Shown here: one piece after another, positions 1-9,968 of the stretch
Position numbering within the stretch: the stretch's first letter is position 1
How the letters are laid out: each line of letters starts with the position of its first letter
The notes under the pieces: generated by a model
What the model was told of the DNA's origin: nothing
Databases searched by the model: none
Seen by the model: the letters and a program-made list of their open reading frames with translations, nothing else
Assembly: GCA_041690595.1 (NCBI GenBank)
Contig: JAWLHB010000051.1
Coordinates: 1 to 56,260 of the forward strand
From: Lentisphaeria bacterium
Lineage (GTDB): Bacteria; Verrucomicrobiota; Lentisphaeria; JABSQK01; JAWLHB01
DNA: 56,260 nt
Direction of reading: 5' to 3'
Program-made: the position numbers and the translations under genes

Positions 1-1
1 C

Positions 2-454
2 AGCTATCCCGGTTACCTGCTTCTCGACCTGTCTACGGGTGAGATGCAGGCCCTGCGCGCCTGGCGTCAGGGAACCCAGTGGTACTACACCATCGAGACC
101 TGGAGTGAAGGTGTGAGCTTCGCCTATCCGTTGACGGTTGGGAGCAGCACCTATACCTTCCTCGGCAATCGCCAAACCCTTCAGGTACTGTCTCACCCGG
201 AAGACTACCGCTTCCGCTTCATGTACGGCGCCAACCGTACCCTGAAGATCGGGCTGCCCTCGAACGAGCCGCAGGCTCTGCCGATGAGCCTGAGCGGCAA
301 CTTCTGGGGCCACTTCGACGGCACCTACACGCAGAGCACTATCACCTGCGGCATCAACGGAGGCATGACCCTGACCATCAATCAGGAGTCCATGACCCTC
401 GACCAGGCCATGGACCACGTCAGAAGCACGCTGACTAACTTCATCAGGGACTAG
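2..454 (+). CDS. Hypothetical protein, C-terminal part (5' end outside window)
   Basis: Frame is open from base 2 (SYPGYLLLDLSTGEMQAL...) to TAG at 452-454, with GC3-rich codon usage typical of the window. Confidence 0.7.
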   Translation, partial: SYPGYLLLDLSTGEMQALRAWRQGTQWYYTIETWSEGVSFAYPLTVGSSTYTFLGNRQTLQVLSHPEDYRFRFMYGANRTLKIGLPSNEPQALPMSLSGNFWGHFDGTYTQSTITCGINGGMTLTINQESMTLDQAMDHVRSTLTNFIRD

Positions 455-514
455 TCTCGGGATAGCATCGATATGCTCCGTGTGCCCGATGCCGATCGGG
501 CACACGGGGTGTCG

Positions 515-928
515 TCAACGGCTTTCAGTTCTACTGGGCCATGCGCGGGAGTCGGGTGCGAACCCGCCCCCCCCCCAAAAAAAACAAAACAAAAGTCTAT
601 GGTTTAGAATCTCCCCCATCTCCACCCCGGTCAAACCTCCCTTGGAAGCATCGAGGACGCCGCGGACAGTCTCGAAAAGGTTGCCGTAACGCGAGAAGCG
701 AACATCCTGCCAGCACCAGATGCCGTTGCTGTCGAACTGCGCCACCTCCTTCGACGTGCAGTAGCGCCCATTACTGTTGTAACTGCTGATCGCTCCCCAA
801 TCGTGCAGCCGCCGATGCGCCGTGCGCTGGGAACAGTCCAGCCAGAGCATCAGCTCCGGAAGCGTCAGCACCTTCACCGTGCGAAACTTTTTGAGAACAT
901 CCTTGGGAAGAACCCGAGACGCGGACAT
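515..928 (-). pseudogene. Truncated transposon-associated wHTH-type accessory ORF
   Basis: ATG at 928 follows GGGGGT. The sequence KVLTLPEL...SSYNSNGRY...FDSNGIW...FSRYGNLFETV...SKGGLTGVEMGEIL resembles ORFs I recall next to ISAzo13-like transposases. It degenerates into a C10-A8 homopolymer at 567-584. Confidence 0.45.
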
Positions 929-1227
929 AAGCACCCCCAGAAAGCCGTTGACCTTGTATAACTTACGCAAGCACTGCCGAGTTAGTTCATGCCGCAAAAA
1001 AGCACCAAAACAACCTGGAATCCGCGAATGTTGCAAAATCCGAAGTGATTTGAACTCGCAGATACCCTGTCAACGTGCTTTACACGCCGCCCGCAACCAC
1101 CACTCATCCAACCGATATCTGCGTGCGACCATAGCGCAACAGGATCGAATCAAATGGCAAAAGCCTGCGGGTCACTGAGGTTCGGACTCGCATTCGAGCA
1201 AGAACGCAACCACGAGCGGAATAGAAC

Positions 1228-1713
1228 ATGATAGCTATCCGAATGCGATTGGGCGTCATGCTTACGTTGTCGCTATTATTATTGTCTGGCTTGGGGTTCC
1301 TTCTGATCGATACTATTCTCTGCGAAACAAGGTACTATGATATTGTCAATCATGAGTGCACTATGGTTGAAGTGACCAAGGTAAGGGTGATTGGGCGTGT
1401 TCTTTTCGAAACGATAGGCGAAAGAAGATTCATAGAATGCGAAGAGTTTGTCAGAAAGCATGAAGAAGGCTTAAAGCCAATGGCCTCCCAGTTGAGAATG
1501 CTTGGACATGATAGCGAAGGAGAAAGGAATTACATGCCTGATTCGATTGCGAGAATTGCTGATGATTCTCGCAAGTTTTCATATATCTACGAACGTGATC
1601 AAGATGTTGCTGTGAAACTTGCAGAATATCTCATTTATGGAAGTAATTATACATTGTTTACAGAGGTGCTAAACGATGCTTATGCCACGCTACATGAGTC
1701 CAAGCTCAAGTAG
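1228..1713 (+). CDS. Low-GC hypothetical protein with N-terminal membrane anchor
   Basis: 161-aa ORF with hydrophobic N-terminus (LGVMLTLSLLLLSGLGFLLI), markedly AT-richer than its neighbours. Confidence 0.6.
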   Translation: MIAIRMRLGVMLTLSLLLLSGLGFLLIDTILCETRYYDIVNHECTMVEVTKVRVIGRVLFETIGERRFIECEEFVRKHEEGLKPMASQLRMLGHDSEGERNYMPDSIARIADDSRKFSYIYERDQDVAVKLAEYLIYGSNYTLFTEVLNDAYATLHESKLK

Positions 1714-1915
1714 AGGGGGCTCAAAGGTCGTTGAGAACTCAAGCGAGGGGGGGGCAAGCAGTTTGGGCCTACTTACCGCGGCACGCTATTGCAGGCTCGA
1801 ATGGTGAAGCTATTTTGGGGAGGTATGCGCGGGTGATTCACGGTGGTAGTCGTGTGACGCCGAAAGACGCGGCGGCCCGCGCGCGAGAGAAGATGACATT
1901 CCGGCTGGAGGTAGC

Positions 1916-3298
1916 GTGGAATCAAGACCTAATATCATCGTATGCACGTGTGACCAGCTTCGCGCGTTCGAAGTGGGGTGCTATGGCAACGAGGTGGTCC
2001 GGACGCCCAACGTGGACCGCCTGGCGAGTGAGGGAGTGCGTTTCGATGCTGCCATCACCAATTCGCCCGTGTGCATGGCGGCGCGTTCTGTTCTCCTGTC
2101 CGGCCAGCACAATCGCACCTGCACGGGTGGAGTGGGTAACATTTCGTATGCGGGCCGACCGGGGGACTTCAACATGCCGGAGTACCCGTATGTGGGCCGT
2201 CCTCACCTCAAGAGCGTGACGTTGCCGGAGATTCTCCAGAAAGAGGGCTATCGCACGGCGGCCATCGGGAAATGGCACATTCATTCGTGGCCAAACGAGA
2301 TTGGATTCGATGATTACCTGATTCCGCGGGTGCATCATTGCCACACGGGGCAGTGTTTCACGGAGAATGGCGGTCCGGAGTTCGTGCCGGAAGGATATAG
2401 CGTGGATTTTGAGGCCGAGCGGGTCGAGCGCTTTCTCGCGCAGCAGCAGGAAGGCAGTGATCCGTTCTTTCTGTACTACAATATTTCCGTGCCGCACTGC
2501 CCTCTGGATGACGCGCCGGAAGAGTTTCGGTCGATGTACAAGCCGGAAGAGGTTCCTCTGCGCGCCAATGTGGATATCGAGCGTCCGCTACGTGATCAGG
2601 AGTACTGGTTCAAGGTATATCGGCACGATTTCCGTTTCTATAATCTCCATCTGCCTTATACGGAGAGGCTCCCGGAAGGATACTCATTGCGACACCTGAT
2701 CGCGGAGTACTATGGGATGACGACATGGATGGATTCCGCGATGGGTCGGATGCTCGCCGCGCTTGACCGGCTCGGGTTGGCCGAGAACACCATCGTGATC
2801 TTCACCAGCGACCATGGCGACAACCTTGGCAGCCTGGGGCTGGTCCAGAAGGGAACGCCGAACGAGGAGTCGATCCGGATTCCGTTGGTGCTGCGTTGGC
2901 CGGCACTGGGCGTTTCGTCGGAAGTATGCGGAAGCCATGTTGCCAGCCTGGTGGATCTTGCGCCGACGCTACTGTCGCTGATCGGGGCGGATTTACCGCC
3001 ACACCTGCAAGGACGCGATCTTGCCCCTTTGTGCAGGCGTCAAGTTTCGGATAGACCAATCTACGCCTTTGTTGAAACTGGCAGTGGGATTGCGATCCGC
3101 ACGCTTTCCCACATGTACTTTCTGCCGTTTGCCGAAGGGGGCCGCCAACTTGCCGAGAGCCCATCGCAGTATTTTGATCTGATACCTGATCCCTTCCAGC
3201 TGCGAAACCTGGCGAAGGAGGACCCCCTGCCGGATCCAGCTGGAGAGCTTGACCAGGCGATTCGGGAATGGGACGCGCGGATTCCATGGATGGATTAG
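1916..3298 (+). CDS. Sulfatase (formylglycine-dependent, CxAxR variant)
   Basis: GTG start after GGAGG; motifs PNII..DQLR, RTPNVDRLA, SPVCMAARSVLLSG, GKWH, FTSDHG. Confidence 0.92.
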   Translation: MESRPNIIVCTCDQLRAFEVGCYGNEVVRTPNVDRLASEGVRFDAAITNSPVCMAARSVLLSGQHNRTCTGGVGNISYAGRPGDFNMPEYPYVGRPHLKSVTLPEILQKEGYRTAAIGKWHIHSWPNEIGFDDYLIPRVHHCHTGQCFTENGGPEFVPEGYSVDFEAERVERFLAQQQEGSDPFFLYYNISVPHCPLDDAPEEFRSMYKPEEVPLRANVDIERPLRDQEYWFKVYRHDFRFYNLHLPYTERLPEGYSLRHLIAEYYGMTTWMDSAMGRMLAALDRLGLAENTIVIFTSDHGDNLGSLGLVQKGTPNEESIRIPLVLRWPALGVSSEVCGSHVASLVDLAPTLLSLIGADLPPHLQGRDLAPLCRRQVSDRPIYAFVETGSGIAIRTLSHMYFLPFAEGGRQLAESPSQYFDLIPDPFQLRNLAKEDPLPDPAGELDQAIREWDARIPWMD

Positions 3299-3337
3299 CA
3301 GAAACGGGGGCAGGCCGGAAGGGTGGCGCGTGCGCGT

Positions 3338-4699
3338 TCAGCTTTTCCGGGAGACGAGGACAGAGCTGAGGCGGCGGCAATCTTCGAGGAACTCGGCGGC
3401 GTCGATTTCTCCCCATTTCCAGCGCCACCACTCGGGGACGACGACGTTGGTCCAGAGTGCGGTCTCGAATGGTGAGCGGAAGCGAATAGCGGAGGTGCGT
3501 CCCCATGCTTCGGGTCTGGCTCCGCCGCGAAAGCGGGAGGTGTCGAGGGGGGACATATGATGGTCGGGCAGTCGATTCTGCCACTCATCCTGCTGAAGCA
3601 TCATGACAAAACGCAGGGCGGCCGTAACCTGTGGGGAATCGCGGCGTACGGCGAAGCCGATTGGCTGGCAGGGGATGGTGTCGTCGACGGCATAGACGGG
3701 GCAGTATCCCCAGCGTCCCTTGGGCAGGCTTGCCTCGACATCTGCGATGTTGTAGATGAAGTCCTGCAATGCAGCCGCTTCGCCGCGCATGAAGAGGAGC
3801 GAGGCGAGGTTGCCGCAGTTTGGTGCAAAGCGCTTGGAGCAGTTGGAGAGCGCGTTGGTCGCCGCGATGGCTTTGAGCAACTCTGCGCTGGGGGTCGGCT
3901 TGTTCAGCGCGATCAACCATTCGCTGAACGCATCATGCCATTGGCCCAGCAGGAAGATCGGCTGATGGCTGCTCAACAAGGGACTGTCCTGGCTGCCGTT
4001 GCCTGTCGCGGCCAGGCGTCGGCACCATTCCAGTTGACCTGCAAAATCGGTGTAGGCCGGTGGTTCGATGCCCCGGCGTTCGAGCTGATCGAGATTGTAG
4101 AAAAGGCAGAAGAGCTGCGACTGATGAAGAAAGAGGCTTGCCGATCGGTTGGTAAGGCGGTTCCTGCCATCTTCCATCATGACCAGATTGGAGGCATCCA
4201 TGAGCATGGGCCACTGGAGGGTACTGACTTCGACCAGATCGACATCTTCGACGGCGATCGGCTTCTCCCGCAGGGGGGAGACCATTTCGACGGTTGATCC
4301 CGGCCATTCGGCGGCGAACCCTTTGGCGGCTTCGCGCCAGAAGCCCATCTGGCTGGCATTGTTGCTCTGAATGCGGCACTTGACTTTAGCCTCCGTCTCG
4401 AGGCTGAGTCCGAAGGGCATTGCGCGCACCTGCTCTCCCGCCACAAAGGAGCCGGAGCCGTGTCGGACGGTGATCACGCCCTCGCGATCCAGCTCGCTGA
4501 GGGCTTTCTGAATTGGGGGGACGGTCACCCCGAAGGCCTTGGCCAGCCGCCGCACGGTCGGAAGTTGCGTTCCCGGTGGTACGTCGCGCGCGAGCAGGCG
4601 GATCCGCTCAGCCAGGACGGCATACTTTGCCTGTGTGCGTCCGATCCATACGGGCCGCTCCATCTCGTCCAGCCGTTTCTCCCAGTCGATCACTATCAC
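3338..4699 (-). CDS. GntR-family transcriptional regulator fused to a solute-binding-protein-like effector domain
   Basis: N-terminal wHTH (LPTVRRLAKAFGVT...LSELDREGVI...GSGSFV) followed by an SBP_bac-like region (LFYNLDQLERRGIEPP). Confidence 0.85.
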   Translation of the reverse strand: MIVIDWEKRLDEMERPVWIGRTQAKYAVLAERIRLLARDVPPGTQLPTVRRLAKAFGVTVPPIQKALSELDREGVITVRHGSGSFVAGEQVRAMPFGLSLETEAKVKCRIQSNNASQMGFWREAAKGFAAEWPGSTVEMVSPLREKPIAVEDVDLVEVSTLQWPMLMDASNLVMMEDGRNRLTNRSASLFLHQSQLFCLFYNLDQLERRGIEPPAYTDFAGQLEWCRRLAATGNGSQDSPLLSSHQPIFLLGQWHDAFSEWLIALNKPTPSAELLKAIAATNALSNCSKRFAPNCGNLASLLFMRGEAAALQDFIYNIADVEASLPKGRWGYCPVYAVDDTIPCQPIGFAVRRDSPQVTAALRFVMMLQQDEWQNRLPDHHMSPLDTSRFRGGARPEAWGRTSAIRFRSPFETALWTNVVVPEWWRWKWGEIDAAEFLEDCRRLSSVLVSRKS

Positions 4700-4732
4700 T
4701 GTGCACGCCTCCGCTTGGGGGTGTTATTAAAC

Positions 4733-4760
4733 ACTATAGCCATGGCCGGCATACCGTCAA
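4733..4760 (-). promoter_or_regulatory. Sigma70-type promoter for the GntR gene
   Basis: Minus strand TTGACG (4760-4755), N16, TATAGT (4738-4733). The imperfect palindrome GTGTTATTAAACAC (4721-4734) lies just downstream. Confidence 0.6.
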
Positions 4761-4803
4761 GTACGTTCTTGAGATAGATTGGTAAGAGAAGCGGAGAAAG
4801 AGC

Positions 4804-4844
4804 TTGCCATGCGCGAGGAATTGTCTATACTATTGTTATATAAC
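4804..4844 (+). promoter_or_regulatory. Sigma70-type promoter with GntR-type operator palindromes
   Basis: TTGCCA (4804-4809), N16, TATACT (4826-4831). GTCTATAC overlaps the -10 and a perfect palindrome GTTATATAAC lies at 4835-4844; both fit the GntR GT-Nx-AC pattern. Confidence 0.6.
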
Positions 4845-4920
4845 TGCCTTGCAGAGTGAATGTTCTGACGATATAGATATAGTATCCGACGCGAATGGCC
4901 CACCCCAACGGGAGAATTGG

Positions 4921-7900
4921 ATGACGAAGTCGCTTCTCTGCTTTTTGCTCATGGCTTTCGTATCCGTCGCGGACGATGGTCTTCTCATTCACTATCCCGC
5001 GGAAGGGACGCTGACGCTGGCGGACGGCGCGGCAGCCTCCATCTACCGCGGGACGGCGACGTCACTGCGTTTCGTGGAAGGGCGGGAAGGGCAGGGCGTT
5101 CAGCCGCCGCCGGGGAATTCGCTATCCATTCCGGTTCCCAACCTGAATCTGGCTGAGGGAACGCTCTCCTTCTGGTTCCGGCCCGACTGGTCGGATCCTT
5201 GTTATCAGCACTCGATACTGGCCGAGCTGCTGGTCGGCGATGCCTGGCAGCTTCGGTGGCGCTATGGCTACTCGCATATTCCCACGGGTTGCTATGTGAC
5301 GCTCGATACGGGGCCCACCTGGACCGGCAGCCCGGTCAGCGGCAGCTTCTACAGCCCTTCGCACAATCTCTTCTCGGGGGGAGAATGGCGGCACTACGCG
5401 TTGCGGTGGAGCGCGGAGCGCGCCGAGATCGAGATGGTTGTGGATGGCGACACCTCCGGCCGCCGCCGGGGTCGGTACGCGTGCGACCTGAAGGAGCCAA
5501 AGGCCGCCATTCTGCTGCTGAACGGCGAAGTCAACGGCGCCTACGACGAGATACGAATTTATGATCGCTGGCTGGACGATACCGCGCTGATCGAGAGCGC
5601 TGGGGTGACCCGGGTGATGAGCTACCTGCAGGAACAGCAGCCCCCGCCAGGTGCACCGAGGGCGGGGAGTATCGGTCGGCAAGTCAGCTTCGTCGAACCG
5701 GCGACCGGCGAGCTGGTGACGACGACGGCCACCGAGACGAGCGGTATCTACAAGCCTGCCGAGATGCCCGATCTGACGGTGACGCCGCATACGCGATGGG
5801 CGCGCCCCCTGGCGGGTGAACCGGTCAAGGCCCTTCTGGTGATGCCGGGTGCCTTCTACAATGAACTGCGCACGCAGCTGCGCGAAGGGATCGAACTGTG
5901 GCAACGCCTCGACATGCTCTGCCACATCAGCGACCGGCTCAGCCCAGAGATCGAGGCCACCGATTATGACGTCATCGTGGTCAGCCACCAGGGGCATGCG
6001 GGGGTATGGCAGGGGTGGACATCCCTCGAAGAGCCGTTGCGCGAGTGGATCCTGGAGCGTGTACGCAGCGGCAAGAGCGGTCTGGTGCTCTCCTATCCCA
6101 TGAACCTCGATGGCCCCATCAACGCGCTGCTGCGCAACCGACAGCCCGCGGATGAGCTGCTGCGCGGTTTCCCGGTGACAGCGATGCACAAGGTGGTTTC
6201 GGGCCGATACGATCCGGTCTACGAACTGACGGACGACTGGTTTGAGTCGGCGGAGAATCTGTCGAAGCAGGTCGTGGAAGTCTATCAGAACGAGACGGTT
6301 CGTGTGGTCAAGCTGAATTATGTGATGGGGCCGGGGTGGGGGCTGCATACGGCGCTCACGCCCGATACGGCCATCAATTCGGCGGCTACGCTGGCGCAGT
6401 ACGATTATTGGCAGGCGCTCGCTGCTCGCGCGGTTCTGCTGGCCGCCGGTCGCGAAGCTGGAGGTCGCATCGACAGTCTTCAACTTGAAGCGCAGGGATG
6501 GACTGCCACGCTCACGGGCGGCAGTCACCTGTGGTACCGGGCCCGCGATCTGTGGGGGCGCGTCCATACAGAAGGTGAGGTGGCGGTGAATGGTGCGAGT
6601 GTCACCTTGCCCGCTGTACCGGTGCCGCCGGGGGCGATTGTCGATTTGATCCTGAAAGACGAGTCGGGCGGGGTGCTGGACTGGTTCAGCCAGGTCGTTC
6701 CTGCTGTTGCCGGCGTGAAGATCGACGGCATCGTTCTGGACAAGGAAACCCATATCGCCGGTGAGCCGATCACCGGCATGCTTCAGTTGACGCTGCCGGA
6801 GACTGGGGCGTACCGGCTGGAGGTTTATCTTGCCGACCACGAGGGACGTCGCCTGGTTCGCGCGGAGCAGCCGATCGCGGGCGGGACGGTCGAGGCGCCT
6901 TTTTCCATCGTGCTTCCCTCGTCGAGCGATTCTCTGCTCATGCGACTGGATGCGGTGCTTTGGGAAGGTGACCGCATCATCGGGGAACGTAGCGCCGACT
7001 GCCCGGTGCCACGTGAGTCGAAAGAGGGGTTCTACGCTGGGATGTCAGGGGCGCTGCACAACCGCGCTCCGAACCGGCTGATGCGTCGGATTTTTCGGGA
7101 TCAGTACGGGGTCAACCTGATGCAGCATGGCGCGAAGCATACATATGCACTGCCGGCTCGAGACAACTTCGCCCATTACACCTATGTGAGCCACCTGGGC
7201 TATCCGCGGGACGAGGAGAGTTTCAAGCCCTGGATCGAGACTTGGGATGACTTCTTTCCGGCCCATCTGGGTGTCGAGCCGGAGAAGCTCCTCGTCCATC
7301 GTCCGCTTTTTCACAGCCTGGGTGAAGAGCACTACATGCTGCTGAGCGGCAGTCGTCATCCAGAGGCACTGGCGCGCTTCCAGGATTACCTGCGCCAGCG
7401 CTACGAGAGCCTCGCGCACTTGAACGAGGTGTGGAGCGCCAACTTCGGGTCGTGGGAGGAGGTGCCGATGCTCAAGCCGGAGATCATCGACGTGATGAAG
7501 ATGGACTTCGGTGTGCAGGCGTTCGAGAGCCGGCGCTTCATGGAACATCTTTTCGCGCAGAAGCATGCGGATCTGGCGTCGTGGATCCGCGCGGGGAATC
7601 CGGAGGCGGAGGTGGGCATCCATGTGGGCTGGGATCTGTGGATGGCGCGTGGCTACGACTATTGGCTGCTGAGCCGCGGCATGGAGAGCATGATCGGCTA
7701 TGGGGGCGTACAGAACCAGTACTTGCGCAGCTTCTTCAAGAACTACTATGGCTCATGGTGGCATTATGGGCTGGGCGATCTCAACAACTGCCGCTGGCAT
7801 CCCTGGTACATGGTGCTGAGCGGAGCGCGCGGTTTCATGTGGTACACGATGACTCCGCAACTATGGGGTGCGACGACGGGCGACATGCAGCCGAGCAGCG

Positions 7901-9051
7901 ACTGGAAGGCCGCCGCACCCGAATACCAGGCCGCGGCGCGGGCCGGTGATCTGCTCGCGCGCACCAGCTATGTTCAGGATCAGGTGGCCATCCACTATTC
8001 GCAGGACTCGATGCATGCCGGCATGGGGCCGGGATTGAGCTGGCTTCACAACAACATCGTCAACCTCCTCTTCGATGGTGGCGTTCCCTTTCATTTCGTC
8101 TCTTACGAGGAGCTGACCGACGGTGGAGCGGCGGGCGTGCCGCTGCTGATTCTGCCCGGCTCGATCAGCCTCTCTCCGGGTGAAGTCGCGGCCATTCGCA
8201 CCTATGTCAGCGAGGGTGGAACCATCTGGGCGGACAGATTGCCGGGGAGCTTCGATCACTTCGGCAGAAAGCTGCCGGAGAGCCAGTTGTCCGATCTCTT
8301 CGCGGATCCGCGGGAGCAGCCCCTGGCGGACGGACGCATCATGCGGATCAGTCACAACGGACGCGTCATCCTGGCTCCACTGGACAACTACGCTTATTCT
8401 CGCAACGTCGGCAGGCATCAACCCTCTCAGGCACTGCTCGCGGAGATCGTCGATATCGCGGGAGTGAAGCGGGTCGCGCAGGTGGTTGACGCGGAGGGGC
8501 AGCCCGCCAACGCTATCTGGCTGGCCGGCTATCGACAAGGGGGGCAGCGCTACCTGGTGGCGACGAAAGATTATCAGGTCGTGGATCGCAGCCCGGCAAC
8601 GGTCGATATCGTGCTTGGCGAACCTGCGCATGTGTACGAGTCGCATGGCGGGCGCTATCTTGGGTTGACCAGCCGCTTCAGGGAGACGTTGGAAGCCACG
8701 CGTGGCAAGCTGTATGCGTTGTTGCCCTACCGGGTGCAGAGTCTCGATGTGCGGGTGAGCAATGGTTTGCCGACTATTCAGCGGGGAGGCGATCTTCGTC
8801 TGGATGTCCGGCTGCTTGTCGACGGCGTCATTGGTGCGGAGGATCTTCACCTGCTGCGTGTGAGCGTGACCGGGCCGGATGGCCAGGAGGTGACGGCCCT
8901 GCGACGTCTGGCCTCCATGTTTGGCGGCGGGGGGCAGGTCCTGCTGCCGATTGCATGGAATGACCCGGCGGGAGAGTACATTATTCAGGTTCGCGATACG
9001 GCCACCGGCCTTGAGCGTGGAATACCATTTACCCTTGACCAAATCCGATAA
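4921..9051 (+). CDS. Secreted LamG-domain protein with GH42-like beta-galactosidase catalytic and trimerisation domains
   Basis: ATG 4921 after GGAGA, with a signal peptide. LamG motifs [28 protein letters not shown]42-like [29 protein letters not shown]; trimerisation-domain VAIHYSQDS. Confidence 0.75.
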   Translation: MTKSLLCFLLMAFVSVADDGLLIHYPAEGTLTLADGAAASIYRGTATSLRFVEGREGQGVQPPPGNSLSIPVPNLNLAEGTLSFWFRPDWSDPCYQHSILAELLVGDAWQLRWRYGYSHIPTGCYVTLDTGPTWTGSPVSGSFYSPSHNLFSGGEWRHYALRWSAERAEIEMVVDGDTSGRRRGRYACDLKEPKAAILLLNGEVNGAYDEIRIYDRWLDDTALIESAGVTRVMSYLQEQQPPPGAPRAGSIGRQVSFVEPATGELVTTTATETSGIYKPAEMPDLTVTPHTRWARPLAGEPVKALLVMPGAFYNELRTQLREGIELWQRLDMLCHISDRLSPEIEATDYDVIVVSHQGHAGVWQGWTSLEEPLREWILERVRSGKSGLVLSYPMNLDGPINALLRNRQPADELLRGFPVTAMHKVVSGRYDPVYELTDDWFESAENLSKQVVEVYQNETVRVVKLNYVMGPGWGLHTALTPDTAINSAATLAQYDYWQALAARAVLLAAGREAGGRIDSLQLEAQGWTATLTGGSHLWYRARDLWGRVHTEGEVAVNGASVTLPAVPVPPGAIVDLILKDESGGVLDWFSQVVPAVAGVKIDGIVLDKETHIAGEPITGMLQLTLPETGAYRLEVYLADHEGRRLVRAEQPIAGGTVEAPFSIVLPSSSDSLLMRLDAVLWEGDRIIGERSADCPVPRESKEGFYAGMSGALHNRAPNRLMRRIFRDQYGVNLMQHGAKHTYALPARDNFAHYTYVSHLGYPRDEESFKPWIETWDDFFPAHLGVEPEKLLVHRPLFHSLGEEHYMLLSGSRHPEALARFQDYLRQRYESLAHLNEVWSANFGSWEEVPMLKPEIIDVMKMDFGVQAFESRRFMEHLFAQKHADLASWIRAGNPEAEVGIHVGWDLWMARGYDYWLLSRGMESMIGYGGVQNQYLRSFFKNYYGSWWHYGLGDLNNCRWHPWYMVLSGARGFMWYTMTPQLWGATTGDMQPSSDWKAAAPEYQAAARAGDLLARTSYVQDQVAIHYSQDSMHAGMGPGLSWLHNNIVNLLFDGGVPFHFVSYEELTDGGAAGVPLLILPGSISLSPGEVAAIRTYVSEGGTIWADRLPGSFDHFGRKLPESQLSDLFADPREQPLADGRIMRISHNGRVILAPLDNYAYSRNVGRHQPSQALLAEIVDIAGVKRVAQVVDAEGQPANAIWLAGYRQGGQRYLVATKDYQVVDRSPATVDIVLGEPAHVYESHGGRYLGLTSRFRETLEATRGKLYALLPYRVQSLDVRVSNGLPTIQRGGDLRLDVRLLVDGVIGAEDLHLLRVSVTGPDGQEVTALRRLASMFGGGGQVLLPIAWNDPAGEYIIQVRDTATGLERGIPFTLDQIR

Positions 9052-9065
9052 AAGGAGAGTACCCA

Positions 9066-9968
9066 ATGAAGCATGCAAGATCTCGCTCATTTTCGCACCT
9101 CGAGCAGGGGAATGGACGCCTGCTGAAGGTTATTCGAGCAGGGAAGCCCTTTACACTGATCGAGCTATTGGTGGTCGTGGCGATCATCAGCATTCTGGCC
9201 TCGATGCTGCTGCCTGCGCTGAGCAAAGCGCGGGATGCCGCCCGTTCGACCGGCTGCATGAACAACATGAAGCAGGTGATGCTGGGCAACCACATGTACG
9301 CCAGCGACATGGACGATTTTCTCGTACCTGCCATCGGCTTCGAGACGTCCGACATTCGCTATGTACCGACGACGCACTGGTTCCAGCTTCTCGGGCACAC
9401 GATGTCGTATGTGGAGAAGCCCAGCTTCGTCTGCCCGGGAGATACCTTGCAGAATGACTGGGCGAATCTCTTTCGCGAGTGGGGTGGGGCGGGAGTGCAG
9501 TTCCCCATCAGCTTCGGCTATAGTGGTGTCCTGGGCAACGCGGGGCTGATCAAGACTTATCCGGCAAGTGCAGAGTACTATGCGAGGGTTGCCGGTCCAA
9601 AGCGGATCGGCCATTTTGTCGGGCAGACCAAGCACCCGACCCTGGCCGACAGGGGGCAGAAGTCGATGCCCGACCGCGCCTTCGTGCTCTTCGATTACAT
9701 CAACATGACCACCTCCACCAGCCCCAGCGTGGTCAATCTTGCCGCCAACACCAAGGTGGCGGGGAATGTGTCGTTTGCCATCGATCGGGTTTCGGCGCGT
9801 CATCGGGGTGGCGTCGACGCACATGAACCCTTCAATCCTTTTTCGGGTTCGGGGAACTTTGCATTTGTGGATGGGCACGTGGAAACCCTGCGTGCTCCGT
9901 TCAGCCTGAACAAGTGGGTCATGTACCCGAACTTCGTGAAGAACTACGACTTTGCCGGTGGATTCTGA
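9066..9968 (+). CDS. Prepilin-type N-terminal cleavage/methylation protein with H-X9-DG motif (DUF1559-like)
   Basis: [32 protein letters not shown]...CMNNMKQ; C-terminal RH...[11 protein letters not shown]. Confidence 0.9.
   Translation: MKHARSRSFSHLEQGNGRLLKVIRAGKPFTLIELLVVVAIISILASMLLPALSKARDAARSTGCMNNMKQVMLGNHMYASDMDDFLVPAIGFETSDIRYVPTTHWFQLLGHTMSYVEKPSFVCPGDTLQNDWANLFREWGGAGVQFPISFGYSGVLGNAGLIKTYPASAEYYARVAGPKRIGHFVGQTKHPTLADRGQKSMPDRAFVLFDYINMTTSTSPSVVNLAANTKVAGNVSFAIDRVSARHRGGVDAHEPFNPFSGSGNFAFVDGHVETLRAPFSLNKWVMYPNFVKNYDFAGGF

Noticed and set aside
4804..4920. Upstream start extensions in the ORF track (also 27414, 39808, 41515, 41962, 50082, 51034)
   Set aside because: They overlap promoters or neighbouring genes; downstream starts match family N-termini and mostly have RBSs
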